A stretch of 64,000 nt of DNA, from positions 8,646 through 72,645 of the forward strand of contig JAVWIF010000004.1 of NCBI GenBank assembly GCA_036639635.1, read 5' to 3'. Of the stretch, positions 21,116 to 30,756 are shown piece by piece. Position 1 is the first letter of the stretch. Each line of letters begins with the position of its first letter. The notes below the pieces were generated by a model that saw nothing but the letters and a program-made list of their open reading frames with translations, ran no database searches and was not told the origin of the DNA. The position numbers and the translations under genes are program-made. This DNA is from Longicatena sp. GTDB taxonomy: Bacteria > Bacillota_I > Bacilli_A > Erysipelotrichales > Erysipelotrichaceae.

Positions 21116-23665
21116 ATGAACTTTGAAAAAATGTCAGAGAAACTACAAGAAGTAATCATGCAAGCCGTAGAGGTGAGTAAGAGCTATCATCACGCATCAG
21201 TTGATACCATTCAATTGTTAAAAGCAATTCATGAAAATGACGTACTGGATGGTTTATTTAAACGCTTAAATATAGATAATAGTAGAGCACTAGAAATTAT
21301 TAATCAAGAGATGGAAAGAGTCGCTACTACTAGCCAAGAAAATCCACAATTATCAAATGATGTAGGTAATGCGTTTAATAAAGCCCAAGATTGGAGTACT
21401 TCCATTAATGAAACATATTTAAGTGTAGCTAGCGTATGGATTGCGTTAATCTTTAATAAATCTTATATCTCTAAATTATTAGTAAAAGAGTTTCAATTAA
21501 ATGAAAAGACTTGTAAAGATGAAGAATTACAACGTAGAGGTGGTAAAAAAATGGATACCCCTAATGCGGAAAGTAATTTAGAAGCATTGAGTAAATATGG
21601 TCGAGATTTAGTAGAAGAAGTAAAGAATGGAAAGATTGATCCAATCATTGGTCGTGATGATGAAATACGTCGTGTTATTCAAATTTTATCACGTAAGACG
21701 AAGAATAACCCCGTATTAATTGGAGAGCCAGGTGTTGGTAAAACAGCTGTTGTAGAAGGAATTGCATGGCGTATTATGAAAGGTGATGTACCTTCATCTT
21801 TGAAAGAAAAGAAATTAATTGAATTAGATCTAGGTTCTTTATTAGCAGGAGCAAAATATCGAGGAGAGTTTGAAGAACGTTTAAAAGCTGTTCTAGAAGA
21901 AGTAAAACAAGCACAAGGAAATATTATCTTATTCATTGATGAAATTCACAATTTAGTTGGCGCTGGTAAGAGCGAGGGTAGTATGGATGCTGGAAACATG
22001 TTGAAACCAATGTTAGCACGTGGTGAATTACGTTGTATTGGAGCAACTACTTTTAAAGAATATCGTCAAAATATCGAAAAGGATGCTGCATTAGAAAGGC
22101 GTTTCCAAAGAGTTACGCTACAAGAGCCTACTGTGGAAGATACAATTAGTATCTTACGTGGTTTAAAAGATCGTTTTGAATCTTATCATGGAGTTAAAAT
22201 ACTTGATGAGGCAATACTAGCTGCAGCTACTCTTAGTAATCGTTATATAAGTGATCGTTTTCTTCCAGATAAAGCCATTGATTTAATTGATGAAGCATGT
22301 GCAACACTACGTGTTGAAATGGAATCAATGCCCCAAGAACTTGATGAATTACAACGTAAGATTATGCAGCTACAAATTGAAGAAACTGCTTTAAAAAAAG
22401 AAGAAGATAAGAAAGCACGAGAACGTTGTGATGAAATAAGAAATGAATTAAAGGAGTTACAAGCTAAAAAAGATGTACTCTATACAAAATGGGAAGATGA
22501 AAAAGCTGTTCTTGAAGAAAATAAAGATGCGAAAGTAAAGCTTGAAAAAGCTCGCTTAGATTTAGAAAAAGCCCAAAATGAATCACGCTATGAAGATGCA
22601 GCTAAACTTCAATATGGAACTATTCCTCATTTAGAAAAAGTGATTGCTAACCAAAATGATAAAGAACATGAAGATGCACTTATTCAAGAGATTGTAAATG
22701 AAGAATTAATTGCGAAAATTGTATCACGTTGGACAGGTGTAGAAGTAAGTCGATTAGTAGAAAGTGAACGTAAAAAGCTTTTACAATTAAAGGACGCTTT
22801 ACAAAAAAGAGTAATTGGTCAAGACAATGCATTAGACTTAGTTAGTGATGCCATTCTTCGTAGCAAGGCTCAAATTCAAGATGAGCATCGTCCGATTGGT
22901 TCCTTCTTGTTTTTAGGACCTACTGGGGTTGGTAAAACAGAGGTAGCGAAAGCACTTGCAGAACAATTATTTGATAGTGAATCGCACATTGTTCGTATTG
23001 ATATGAGTGAATACATGGAGAAACATAGTGTTTCTAGATTAATTGGAGCACCTCCTGGTTATATTGGATATGATGAAGGTGGACAATTAAGTGAAGCAGT
23101 ACGTCGTAATCCTTATTCTATCATTCTTTTTGATGAAGTAGAAAAAGCACATCCTGATGTATTTAATGTCTTATTACAAATATTAGATGATGGACGTATT
23201 ACCGATTCAAAAGGAGTGTGCGTAGACTTTAAGAATACCTTGTTAATTATGACAAGTAACTTAGGAAGTCAGTTTGCTTTCCATGAAGATGACAAAGAAG
23301 CAAAATATATGGCAGAAGTAAAGAAATACTTTAAACCTGAATTTATTAATCGTATCGATGAAATTGTGGTGTTTAATGCTTTAAATGATGATATGTTAGG
23401 TAAGATTGCACATAAATTTATGTCAGAATTACAAATTCGTTTAGCGCGTAAAGATATTAGATTAGAGATTAGTGATGCAGTATATCAAGAAATTGCTACA
23501 CAAGGAGTAGATGCTCTTTATGGCGCACGTCCAATGAAACGTTATATTCAAAGAAATATCGAAACATTAATTGCTCGTAAAATGATTGAAGGTAATGTTG
23601 GTAAGGATGATGTGATAGAACTTACTGTAGAACATGGTGAATACAGCGTTTCACTAAAAAAATAA
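21116..23665 (+). CDS. clpB: ATP-dependent disaggregase ClpB
   Basis: Two AAA+ modules (GEPGVGKTA, GPTGVGKTE) separated by a long coiled-coil M-domain; N-domain present. Start moved to ATG 21116, because the track start 21059 lies inside the promoter/CIRCE. Confidence 0.95.
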   Translation: MNFEKMSEKLQEVIMQAVEVSKSYHHASVDTIQLLKAIHENDVLDGLFKRLNIDNSRALEIINQEMERVATTSQENPQLSNDVGNAFNKAQDWSTSINETYLSVASVWIALIFNKSYISKLLVKEFQLNEKTCKDEELQRRGGKKMDTPNAESNLEALSKYGRDLVEEVKNGKIDPIIGRDDEIRRVIQILSRKTKNNPVLIGEPGVGKTAVVEGIAWRIMKGDVPSSLKEKKLIELDLGSLLAGAKYRGEFEERLKAVLEEVKQAQGNIILFIDEIHNLVGAGKSEGSMDAGNMLKPMLARGELRCIGATTFKEYRQNIEKDAALERRFQRVTLQEPTVEDTISILRGLKDRFESYHGVKILDEAILAAATLSNRYISDRFLPDKAIDLIDEACATLRVEMESMPQELDELQRKIMQLQIEETALKKEEDKKARERCDEIRNELKELQAKKDVLYTKWEDEKAVLEENKDAKVKLEKARLDLEKAQNESRYEDAAKLQYGTIPHLEKVIANQNDKEHEDALIQEIVNEELIAKIVSRWTGVEVSRLVESERKKLLQLKDALQKRVIGQDNALDLVSDAILRSKAQIQDEHRPIGSFLFLGPTGVGKTEVAKALAEQLFDSESHIVRIDMSEYMEKHSVSRLIGAPPGYIGYDEGGQLSEAVRRNPYSIILFDEVEKAHPDVFNVLLQILDDGRITDSKGVCVDFKNTLLIMTSNLGSQFAFHEDDKEAKYMAEVKKYFKPEFINRIDEIVVFNALNDDMLGKIAHKFMSELQIRLARKDIRLEISDAVYQEIATQGVDALYGARPMKRYIQRNIETLIARKMIEGNVGKDDVIELTVEHGEYSVSLKK

Positions 23666-23667
23666 TG

Positions 23668-23712
23668 CACAACAAATGGGTACAATGAAGCGTACCCATT
23701 TGTTGTGTTTTG
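23668..23712 (+). terminator. clpB terminator
   Basis: CACAACAAATGGGTAC-loop-GTACCCATTTGTTGTG 16-bp stem followed by TTTT. Confidence 0.9.
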
Positions 23713-23878
23713 CTAAATTTTGATAAAATGAGAATTGGAACACAATTTTTTGTCATTATATTCACAAAAAATCATGTGTTATTATGGGATAACTACTGAT
23801 TTACTTGAAATTTTAGTTAGATAGTTATAAACTATATGACATGAGTGCAATTTATAACGTACTAGAAAAGGAGAATTT

Positions 23879-24715
23879 ATGTTTGGATATGTAGTAGTAA
23901 ATAAACCAGAATTAAAAATAAAAGATTTTGATGTCTATCAAGCGTTCTATTGTGGACTTTGTCGTTCCTTACATAAACAATTCGGACGCTTTGGACAAGT
24001 TTCTTTGAATTATGATTTAACTTTTCTAGCAATTCTATTAAGTGGACTGTATGAGCCACAAAATGAAACAATCGAAGAACGTTGTATTGTTCATCCTCTT
24101 TCTAAACATCAAAAAGTTGGTAATCCATATATCGATTATGCTGCTGAAATGACCATTGTCCTAACTTATTTGAAATGTAGTGATGATTGGAACGATGACC
24201 ATCACTATCAAAGTCGCATGATGATGGGAATGCTTGCTCATAAATATGAACGTGTAAAAGAAAAATACCCAAAGAAGATTGAGAATATAACAAATGCTTT
24301 AACAAAAATTAACGCTTGTGAAGAGCAAAAAGATTATGACTTAGATAAGCTAAGCTCTTTGTTTGGAATTGTAATGGGAGAAATTCTCGCTTATAAAAAT
24401 GATGAATGGAATACGCTACTATATGAAACAGGAGATTATCTAGGACGTTATATTTATATTATGGATGCTTTTGATGATATTGAAGAAGATGTTAAAAATG
24501 GGGCTTTTAATCCATTTATAGAAGAATATAAACATGAAAACTTTAATACAAGAGTAAAAACGATTTTAGAAATTATGATTTCTAAATCAGCTGATGCTTT
24601 TGAGATGTTGCCCATCTTGCAGTATGCAGATATTTTAAGAAATATTATATATTCAGGAGTATGGGCAAAATATGAAATGATAAGAAAGCAAAGATTAGGT
24701 GAACAACATGAATGA
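23879..24715 (+). CDS. DUF5685-like protein (unknown function; two Asp-rich motifs)
   Basis: N-terminal MFGYVVVNKPEL..FYCGLCRSL is as I remember for DUF5685. All-helical remainder with YLKCSDDWNDD (aa 97-107) and MDAFDDIEEDVKNGAFNP (aa 195-212). Good SD AAAGGAG. Confidence 0.6.
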   Translation: MFGYVVVNKPELKIKDFDVYQAFYCGLCRSLHKQFGRFGQVSLNYDLTFLAILLSGLYEPQNETIEERCIVHPLSKHQKVGNPYIDYAAEMTIVLTYLKCSDDWNDDHHYQSRMMMGMLAHKYERVKEKYPKKIENITNALTKINACEEQKDYDLDKLSSLFGIVMGEILAYKNDEWNTLLYETGDYLGRYIYIMDAFDDIEEDVKNGAFNPFIEEYKHENFNTRVKTILEIMISKSADAFEMLPILQYADILRNIIYSGVWAKYEMIRKQRLGEQHE

Positions 24716-25325
24716 TCCATATAGAACATTGGGAATCGCGAGTAATGCAAGCGAAGATGAAGTAAAAAAAGCATATCGGACCATGGCAAAGAAGTATCAC
24801 CCAGATGTAAATAAAGATCCTGGTGCAGAAGAACGTTTTATTGAAATTCAAAATGCTTATCAACAGATTATGGATGCGAAAAAGCGTGGAGATAGTGGTA
24901 ACTTTTGGGAAAATAGTGGCTTTGGTGGCTTTGGCGGTTTTGGTGGAAATACGTATAGTGGTGCAGGACAAGGCAATGCATATCAAAATGTTGTAAATTA
25001 TTTAAATATGCAACGTTATAGTGAAGCATATCAAATTTTACAACAGATGCAAGATAGAGGAGCAGATTGGTATTACTTAAGTGCTATGGCAAATTATGGC
25101 ATGGGTAATCAAATTGCGGCAATGGATTGCGCTGAAAAAGCTTGTCAAATGGATCCTACAAACCAACAATATCGTCAGCTTTACGCACAATTACAAAGCG
25201 GTCGTACACGTTATCAAAATATGCAACAGCCTTTCACTATGGGAGGTAGTAATTTATGTTGTAAACTAATTGTTTGTAACATGTGTTTAACCTCTTGTTG
25301 TGGTAGAGGATATATATGTTGTTAA
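24708..25325 (+). CDS. J-domain protein with G/F stretch, TPR-like segment and C-terminal cysteine string
   Basis: [24 protein letters not shown] (HPD motif). GFGGFGGFGG. Helical YSEAYQILQQ..MDPTNQQY segment. The last 22 aa, CCKLIVCNMCLTSCCGRGYICC, hold 8 Cys. ATG 24708 (AGGTGA 5 nt upstream) overlaps the upstream stop by 8 nt. Confidence 0.85.
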   Translation: MNDPYRTLGIASNASEDEVKKAYRTMAKKYHPDVNKDPGAEERFIEIQNAYQQIMDAKKRGDSGNFWENSGFGGFGGFGGNTYSGAGQGNAYQNVVNYLNMQRYSEAYQILQQMQDRGADWYYLSAMANYGMGNQIAAMDCAEKACQMDPTNQQYRQLYAQLQSGRTRYQNMQQPFTMGGSNLCCKLIVCNMCLTSCCGRGYICC

Positions 25326-25332
25326 AAGCGTA

Positions 25333-25367
25333 TTGTGAAAGTTTATTAGTAGACTTTCACAATTTTT
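25333..25367 (+). terminator. Terminator after the J-domain gene
   Basis: TTGTGAAAGT-loop-ACTTTCACAA followed by T5. Confidence 0.8.
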
Positions 25368-25403
25368 CCATAAAGATTAAGATAGAAACAGGAGGTAGAT
25401 TGT

Positions 25404-26054
25404 ATGAGCAGTATTAAACATATTATATGGGATTGGAATGGAACACTTTTAGATGACATAGATGTCAGTATGACAGCATTAAATATTCTTCTAGAAAGTG
25501 AGCATTTACCTCTTGTTCTAGATATCAACGAGTACCGTAAATATTTTCAATTTCCAGTGCGTGAATATTACAAGAAAGTTGGCTTTGATTTTGAGAAGAC
25601 ACCATTTACGCTTCTAGCACAAAAATACATGGACTATTACCAACCACATAGTTTTACGTGTTCTCTACATGATGGTGCATTAGATACCTTGCAAAAAGCG
25701 CAAGACAATGGAATTAAACAATATTTGTTATCTGCTTCCAACCTAACATTTTTAAAAGAACAAGTAGCTAATTATCCTATTTCTCAATATTTTACAAGTA
25801 TTTGTGGCTTAGACAATATACATGCCTCTTCTAAAGCAGCACTAGCCAAAGAGTTTGTGGAAGCAAATGGATTTAGTCATGATAGCGTGGTCTTTGTAGG
25901 TGATAGTGTACATGATAGTGAAGTAGCACATGGAGCTAATTGTCATTGTATTTTAATAGCAAATGGGCATGAACATCGAAAAAAACTCGAAGATACTGGT
26001 TGTAAAGTAGTAGACAGTATGCGCGAGTTTGAACAATTATTAGATATTATTTAG
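25404..26054 (+). CDS. HAD-family hydrolase (phosphoglycolate-phosphatase-like)
   Basis: IIWDWNGTLLDD motif I, LSAS motif II, VGDSVHD motif IV. Confidence 0.75.
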   Translation: MSSIKHIIWDWNGTLLDDIDVSMTALNILLESEHLPLVLDINEYRKYFQFPVREYYKKVGFDFEKTPFTLLAQKYMDYYQPHSFTCSLHDGALDTLQKAQDNGIKQYLLSASNLTFLKEQVANYPISQYFTSICGLDNIHASSKAALAKEFVEANGFSHDSVVFVGDSVHDSEVAHGANCHCILIANGHEHRKKLEDTGCKVVDSMREFEQLLDII

Positions 26055-26761
26055 TACTTATTTTCAAGGAATTGATGTAAACATTGTAGCTGATGAGTGG
26101 AAAGCTGAATTTTACCATGCATGACACTAATCAACTGTTCTTTACTTAAGGCTAATAAAATACGATTTAAAGTTCGAATCGAACAACCAATTTGAGCAGC
26201 TATCTTTTCACGTGTGACTAGAATTTGGAATGTCTTATTATCTTTTTGTTGTTCACAGATATTTGCGATATAAGAAAGTAATCTTGTTTTATTATCCATT
26301 GCTAAATATTGGCGTTGCTGTTGCGTTTGTATGGAAAGTACCTTCATTAACATTTGCGTTCGTAAAAACATTGCATTTGCATCATGCTTCATCCAATACA
26401 AATACATCGCTGAAGGAAGTTCTAAACATACAGTTGCCTCTAACGTATTTAAGGTAACGTAATGTCCTTCAATATCAGTGAATAGTTCGTAATCCCCAAC
26501 AATATCAACAGGCTGAATTTGGGTAAAACTATACGGGATATCTACGACACGTTCCTCAATTGCTTGTAGTTTACCTTGTAAGAGAATATAGACAAAACGA
26601 CTTTCGCGATATGTTGAAATTAGATTATAATCTTTTTTATAATGGGTTACACATATACTATGGATTACTTCTTTGGGACAGTTTGAAAATAATTGTTTTA
26701 GGAATTTTTCATCATTTTTTGGAAAACATTCTTGTAGTTCTTGTAGTGTAGCCAAATGCAT
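26051..26761 (-). CDS. Crp/Fnr-family transcriptional regulator
   Basis: N-terminal cNMP-binding-like beta-barrel region and C-terminal HTH (REKIAAQIGCSIRTLNRILLAL). 236 aa. Confidence 0.75.
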   Translation of the reverse strand: MHLATLQELQECFPKNDEKFLKQLFSNCPKEVIHSICVTHYKKDYNLISTYRESRFVYILLQGKLQAIEERVVDIPYSFTQIQPVDIVGDYELFTDIEGHYVTLNTLEATVCLELPSAMYLYWMKHDANAMFLRTQMLMKVLSIQTQQQRQYLAMDNKTRLLSYIANICEQQKDNKTFQILVTREKIAAQIGCSIRTLNRILLALSKEQLISVMHGKIQLSTHQLQCLHQFLENKY

Positions 26762-26791
26762 TCACCTATCTTTCTTTATCTTTCTTAAAAA

Positions 26792-26824
26792 AGGGACAAA
26801 TGTCCTTTTTATACCTTTGTCCCT
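26792..26824. promoter_or_regulatory. Nested inverted repeat in the crp-like/deoD divergent promoter region (candidate operator)
   Basis: AGGGACAAATGT (26792..26803) and ACCTTTGTCCCT (26813..26824) match 11/12 as an inverted repeat. Inner palindrome GGACA-aa-TGTCC at 26794..26805. Confidence 0.4.
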
Positions 26825-26893
26825 ATAGTATTATAAATATGTAAAAATGGCAAGAAAAATGATTCTTGTTCATAAATTAGGAGGATATATAAA

Positions 26894-27610
26894 ATGTCAA
26901 CACCACACAATGCAGCAAGTCTTAACGATATAGCAAAGACTGTTTTAATGCCAGGAGATCCACTTCGTGCAAAGTTTATTGCACAAACTTATTTAACAGA
27001 TATTGTAGAATTTAATACGGTTAGAAATATGTTTGGTTATACAGGCACGTATAAAGGAAAACGTATATCTGTAATGGGGTCAGGAATGGGTATGCCAAGT
27101 ATTGGTATTTATTCTTATGAACTCTATAAATTTTATGAAGTAGAAAATATCATTCGTATTGGAAGTGCTGGAGCATATAGTGAATCATTAGCTTTGTTTG
27201 ATTTAGTATTAGCAGATAGTGCTTGGAGTGAGTCTACATTCGCAAAAGTGCAAAGTGATGTAGATGGAGATATTCAATACCCTAGTCTCACATTAAACAA
27301 TGCAATTGAAGATAGTGCTAAAAAATTAAATAAACCTTTAACAAAAGCTAAAATACATTCAAGTGATGTATTCTATCATGAAGAAAATGTTGATGGGTAT
27401 AAAGAGTTCTACGAAAAACATGGTTGTGTTTGTGTAGAGATGGAAAGCTATGCACTCTTCCATAATGCCAAAGTATTAGGAAAGAATGCTGCTTGTTTAT
27501 TGACAATCTCAGACTCTTTGGTAAAACAGACAGAAATTAGTGCACAAGAGCGTCAAAATTCCTTTAACAATATGATGGAAGTAGCACTTGAGTGTGCGAT
27601 TACGCTGTAG
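26894..27610 (+). CDS. deoD: Purine nucleoside phosphorylase, DeoD type
   Basis: [20 protein letters not shown] and VEMESYALF motifs. 238 aa. Confidence 0.92.
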   Translation: MSTPHNAASLNDIAKTVLMPGDPLRAKFIAQTYLTDIVEFNTVRNMFGYTGTYKGKRISVMGSGMGMPSIGIYSYELYKFYEVENIIRIGSAGAYSESLALFDLVLADSAWSESTFAKVQSDVDGDIQYPSLTLNNAIEDSAKKLNKPLTKAKIHSSDVFYHEENVDGYKEFYEKHGCVCVEMESYALFHNAKVLGKNAACLLTISDSLVKQTEISAQERQNSFNNMMEVALECAITL

Positions 27611-27620
27611 GATTATTTAT

Positions 27621-28811
27621 ATGAAACCATACAAACGAATTATTACTCTTATTATTGATTCAATGGGTGTAGGAGCAATGCCTAACGCAGTAGAATATGG
27701 AGATGAAGGAGTCGATACATTAGGACATATTGATGAACAGATGGAAACCTTTCATATACCTAATTTGCAAAAATTAGGACTTGCCAATTTACATCCATTA
27801 ACACATGTTCCCGCAATAGAAGAACCACTTGGTTACTATACAAAAATGCTAGAAGCAAGTGTTGGAAAAGATACAATGACAGGACACTGGGAAATGATGG
27901 GATTACATATCACTTCTCCTTTTCAAACCTTTACTGAAACTGGATTTCCAAAAGAGTTATTAGATGAATTAAGTGCTCGTACAAAACATAAAATTGTCGG
28001 TAATAAGTCAGCTAGTGGAACTGAAATATTAGATGAATTAGCAGAACATGAAATTGCTACTGGAGATATGATTGTATATACATCAGCAGATAGCGTTTTG
28101 CAAATATGTGGGAATGAAGAAACATTTGGGTTAGACGAACTTTATCGTTGTTGCGAGATTGCTCGAGAATTGACAATGAAGCCAGAATGGAAGGTAGGAA
28201 GAGTGATTGCTCGACCTTATCTTGGACGTAAAGTTGGTGAATTTAAACGTACAAGTAATCGCCATGATTATGCTTTAAAACCATATGGAAAAACTGTTTT
28301 AAATGCTTTAGATGAAAAGGGTTTAGATGTTATAAGCATTGGTAAAATCAACGATATCTTCGTAGGAGAAGGAATTAACGAAGCTCATAAATCGAAGAGT
28401 AGTGTACATGGTATGCAACAGACAATTGAACGTATGCAACGTGACTTTCATGGTTTATGCTTTGTAAACCTAGTTGACTTTGATGCTTTATGGGGACATC
28501 GCCGTAACCCGATTGGATATGGTGAAGAGTTAGAGCGCTTTGATGTCTTGTTAGGTGAGTTAATGCATTACTTAAACGAAGATGATCTATTGATCATCAG
28601 TGCAGATCATGGAAATGATCCTACATTTAAAGGTAGTGATCATACGAAAGAAATGGTACCGTTCTTAGCTTATAGTCCTTCTATGAAAGGACATGGTTTG
28701 TTACCAATAAGTGAGAACTTTGGAATGATAGGTGCTACGATTGCGGAGAACTTTGGTGTTGAAATGCCTCCTAATACAATTGGAACAAGTATTTTAAAAG
28801 AACTAAAATAA
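27621..28811 (+). CDS. deoB: Phosphopentomutase
   Basis: [31 protein letters not shown] and SADHGNDPT motifs. Start ATG 27621; the track start 27588 overlaps deoD. Confidence 0.92.
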   Translation: MKPYKRIITLIIDSMGVGAMPNAVEYGDEGVDTLGHIDEQMETFHIPNLQKLGLANLHPLTHVPAIEEPLGYYTKMLEASVGKDTMTGHWEMMGLHITSPFQTFTETGFPKELLDELSARTKHKIVGNKSASGTEILDELAEHEIATGDMIVYTSADSVLQICGNEETFGLDELYRCCEIARELTMKPEWKVGRVIARPYLGRKVGEFKRTSNRHDYALKPYGKTVLNALDEKGLDVISIGKINDIFVGEGINEAHKSKSSVHGMQQTIERMQRDFHGLCFVNLVDFDALWGHRRNPIGYGEELERFDVLLGELMHYLNEDDLLIISADHGNDPTFKGSDHTKEMVPFLAYSPSMKGHGLLPISENFGMIGATIAENFGVEMPPNTIGTSILKELK

Positions 28812-28816
28812 AAGGT

Positions 28817-28849
28817 TTACTAGGTAGTTATATCTAGTAAGTCTTTTTT
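28817..28849 (+). terminator. deoDB terminator
   Basis: TTACTAG-loop-CTAGTAA followed by a T-rich tract. Confidence 0.6.
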
Positions 28850-28929
28850 CTTTTGAAATGATTCAATTGATAATTATATTTACTTTTCATTATATATAGT
28901 TCATAATAAAATAAATGGAGGGAATTCAA

Positions 28930-30720
28930 ATGAAAAAAGTTTATAAGGGATTGCTTGCTTTTACATTAGCATTTACAATGGTTGCTTGTGGTAAAAGTGA
29001 AACAAAAAAGAGTGAAGAAAGTCGTGTAGCAAACAATGTAGTCGATAAGAATGGCATGATTATATCGTATGAAGAAGACAAAGGAAATGATGAAAATCAA
29101 AGGAAATTTTTAAATGGACTTGTTGATAAAAGTGGAAAAACAATTGTAAAACCTATTTATCAAGAATTACAGTTGTTGTGTGGTGAGTATTATGCAATGC
29201 AACTAGATGGCAAATCAGGAATTATTAATGCAAAAGGTGAAGTTGTAGAAAAAGCGAGTCACACAGGGGTATACTTTGATAAAGTAGGGGATGCCATTAT
29301 TATAAGTGATGAAGGTAGTTTTACCCAATATAGTTCTTCTTTAAAAAAAGGTAAGACGATGAAAGGAACGTATATTGATGGATATAATGGTCAATACATT
29401 GTGGACAGAGATGGATTGCAAGGTGTTGTTTCTAAGGATGACAAAACATTACTTGACTTTACATATCAAAATATTGCTACTACAGGTGTAGGTTCTTATC
29501 TAAGCAAGTATGAATTAACAAATTATATAGCAAATGATGGTAAAGATAATATTACGTTATTTGATTCAGGTTGTAAAAAAGTAAATGATGAAACGTATAC
29601 TGCATTTAATGGACTAAATTATTTTGATCAAAATAATTTAGGTCATGTTGAAACAGGATATATGGCATTTACAAAAGAAGGTAAAACTGGAATCATTGAT
29701 CATAAAGGAAAGACAATTATACCTTTTGAGTATGATGCGATTGAAAATAAAATTCCAGGTAGAAATATTACATACCATCATAAATACGAAGCTTTTGAAT
29801 TGTCAATGAATGGAAACATTCAAATTGTAAATAAAGATAACAAAGCATTATTAACATTAACGCCACTAGATAAAGAAATGGCTAGCTTTCGTAATGAAGA
29901 GGATAATTTTGTGTTCGGAGATCAAGATATAGAAGTGTATTTTGATGGTAAGAAAACCCATTATTTTGATAAAGATTTAAAGGAAACACTAGTTTTAGAT
30001 GGGGAAGGTAGCGTTTTTAGAAATGGAATAGCAACTATTAGGAGTGATAATGAAGATGGATCTAGTCGTGGTAGTTCAATTATTGATGAAAAAGGAAATG
30101 AGATTTTAAGTACTATAAAACCTAATAAAAATAAAGAAGTATACAATTCATTATCTACAAGTAATGGCTTTATTCTGTATTCTAAAATAAATCAAGAAAC
30201 GCAAAAGCGTGAGGTTGGAATATTAAATAAAGACTTAAAAGTTCTAGTGAAAAATGAAACAAGCGCTGATACAGCGCAACGAACAGAAATGTCTGCGAAG
30301 AAATGCGGAGACAAGGTAATTCTTATCCAAAGTATTGATAAAGAAAATGCTTTAACAAAAAATACAATCTTTGATGAAACAGGAAAACAATTAGCAACGA
30401 TTGAAGGAGAAATTAGTCGATTTTCTCATCCTCAAATGATTGCTAATAGTATTGAATTCTTTGAAGGATATAGTAAGCCCAATACTAAAAGTCATTACAT
30501 GACAAGAATTGATAAAAACGGAAAAGAAAATGCCTATATTAATGGAGTTATAGATGCGAGTGGAAAGGTTATTATAGAACCTATTTATCGCTCAATTCGT
30601 GCTTATGATGATTACATTGTAGTTGTTGGGGCAAACAATAGTTCTTTATTAGATAAGAAAACATATAAAGAAGTAATGAAGTCAGAAGATAATGTTGCAT
30701 TGGATCGATACTCAAACTAA
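28930..30720 (+). CDS. WG-repeat-containing lipoprotein
   Basis: Lipobox FTMVAC-G after a signal peptide. Many repeats of the G..G(I/V)(I/V)D..GK.(I/V)(I/V).P.Y type seen in WG/KWG repeat proteins. SD GGAGGG 7 nt upstream of ATG 28930. Confidence 0.7.
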   Translation: MKKVYKGLLAFTLAFTMVACGKSETKKSEESRVANNVVDKNGMIISYEEDKGNDENQRKFLNGLVDKSGKTIVKPIYQELQLLCGEYYAMQLDGKSGIINAKGEVVEKASHTGVYFDKVGDAIIISDEGSFTQYSSSLKKGKTMKGTYIDGYNGQYIVDRDGLQGVVSKDDKTLLDFTYQNIATTGVGSYLSKYELTNYIANDGKDNITLFDSGCKKVNDETYTAFNGLNYFDQNNLGHVETGYMAFTKEGKTGIIDHKGKTIIPFEYDAIENKIPGRNITYHHKYEAFELSMNGNIQIVNKDNKALLTLTPLDKEMASFRNEEDNFVFGDQDIEVYFDGKKTHYFDKDLKETLVLDGEGSVFRNGIATIRSDNEDGSSRGSSIIDEKGNEILSTIKPNKNKEVYNSLSTSNGFILYSKINQETQKREVGILNKDLKVLVKNETSADTAQRTEMSAKKCGDKVILIQSIDKENALTKNTIFDETGKQLATIEGEISRFSHPQMIANSIEFFEGYSKPNTKSHYMTRIDKNGKENAYINGVIDASGKVIIEPIYRSIRAYDDYIVVVGANNSSLLDKKTYKEVMKSEDNVALDRYSN

Positions 30721-30726
30721 ATTATA

Positions 30727-30756
30727 AAAAAAGTTCCAGTTCATTGGAACTTTTTT
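30727..30756. terminator. Bidirectional terminator
   Basis: AAAAAAGTTCCA-gttcat-TGGAACTTTTTT between convergent genes. Confidence 0.85.

Noticed and set aside
23877-24986. Minus-strand ORFs (23877..24071, 24102..24305, 24454..24789, 24645..24986) antisense to the DUF5685-like and J-domain genes.
   Set aside because: They have no SD and show shadow-frame composition, whereas the plus-strand genes have strong SDs and recognisable motifs.
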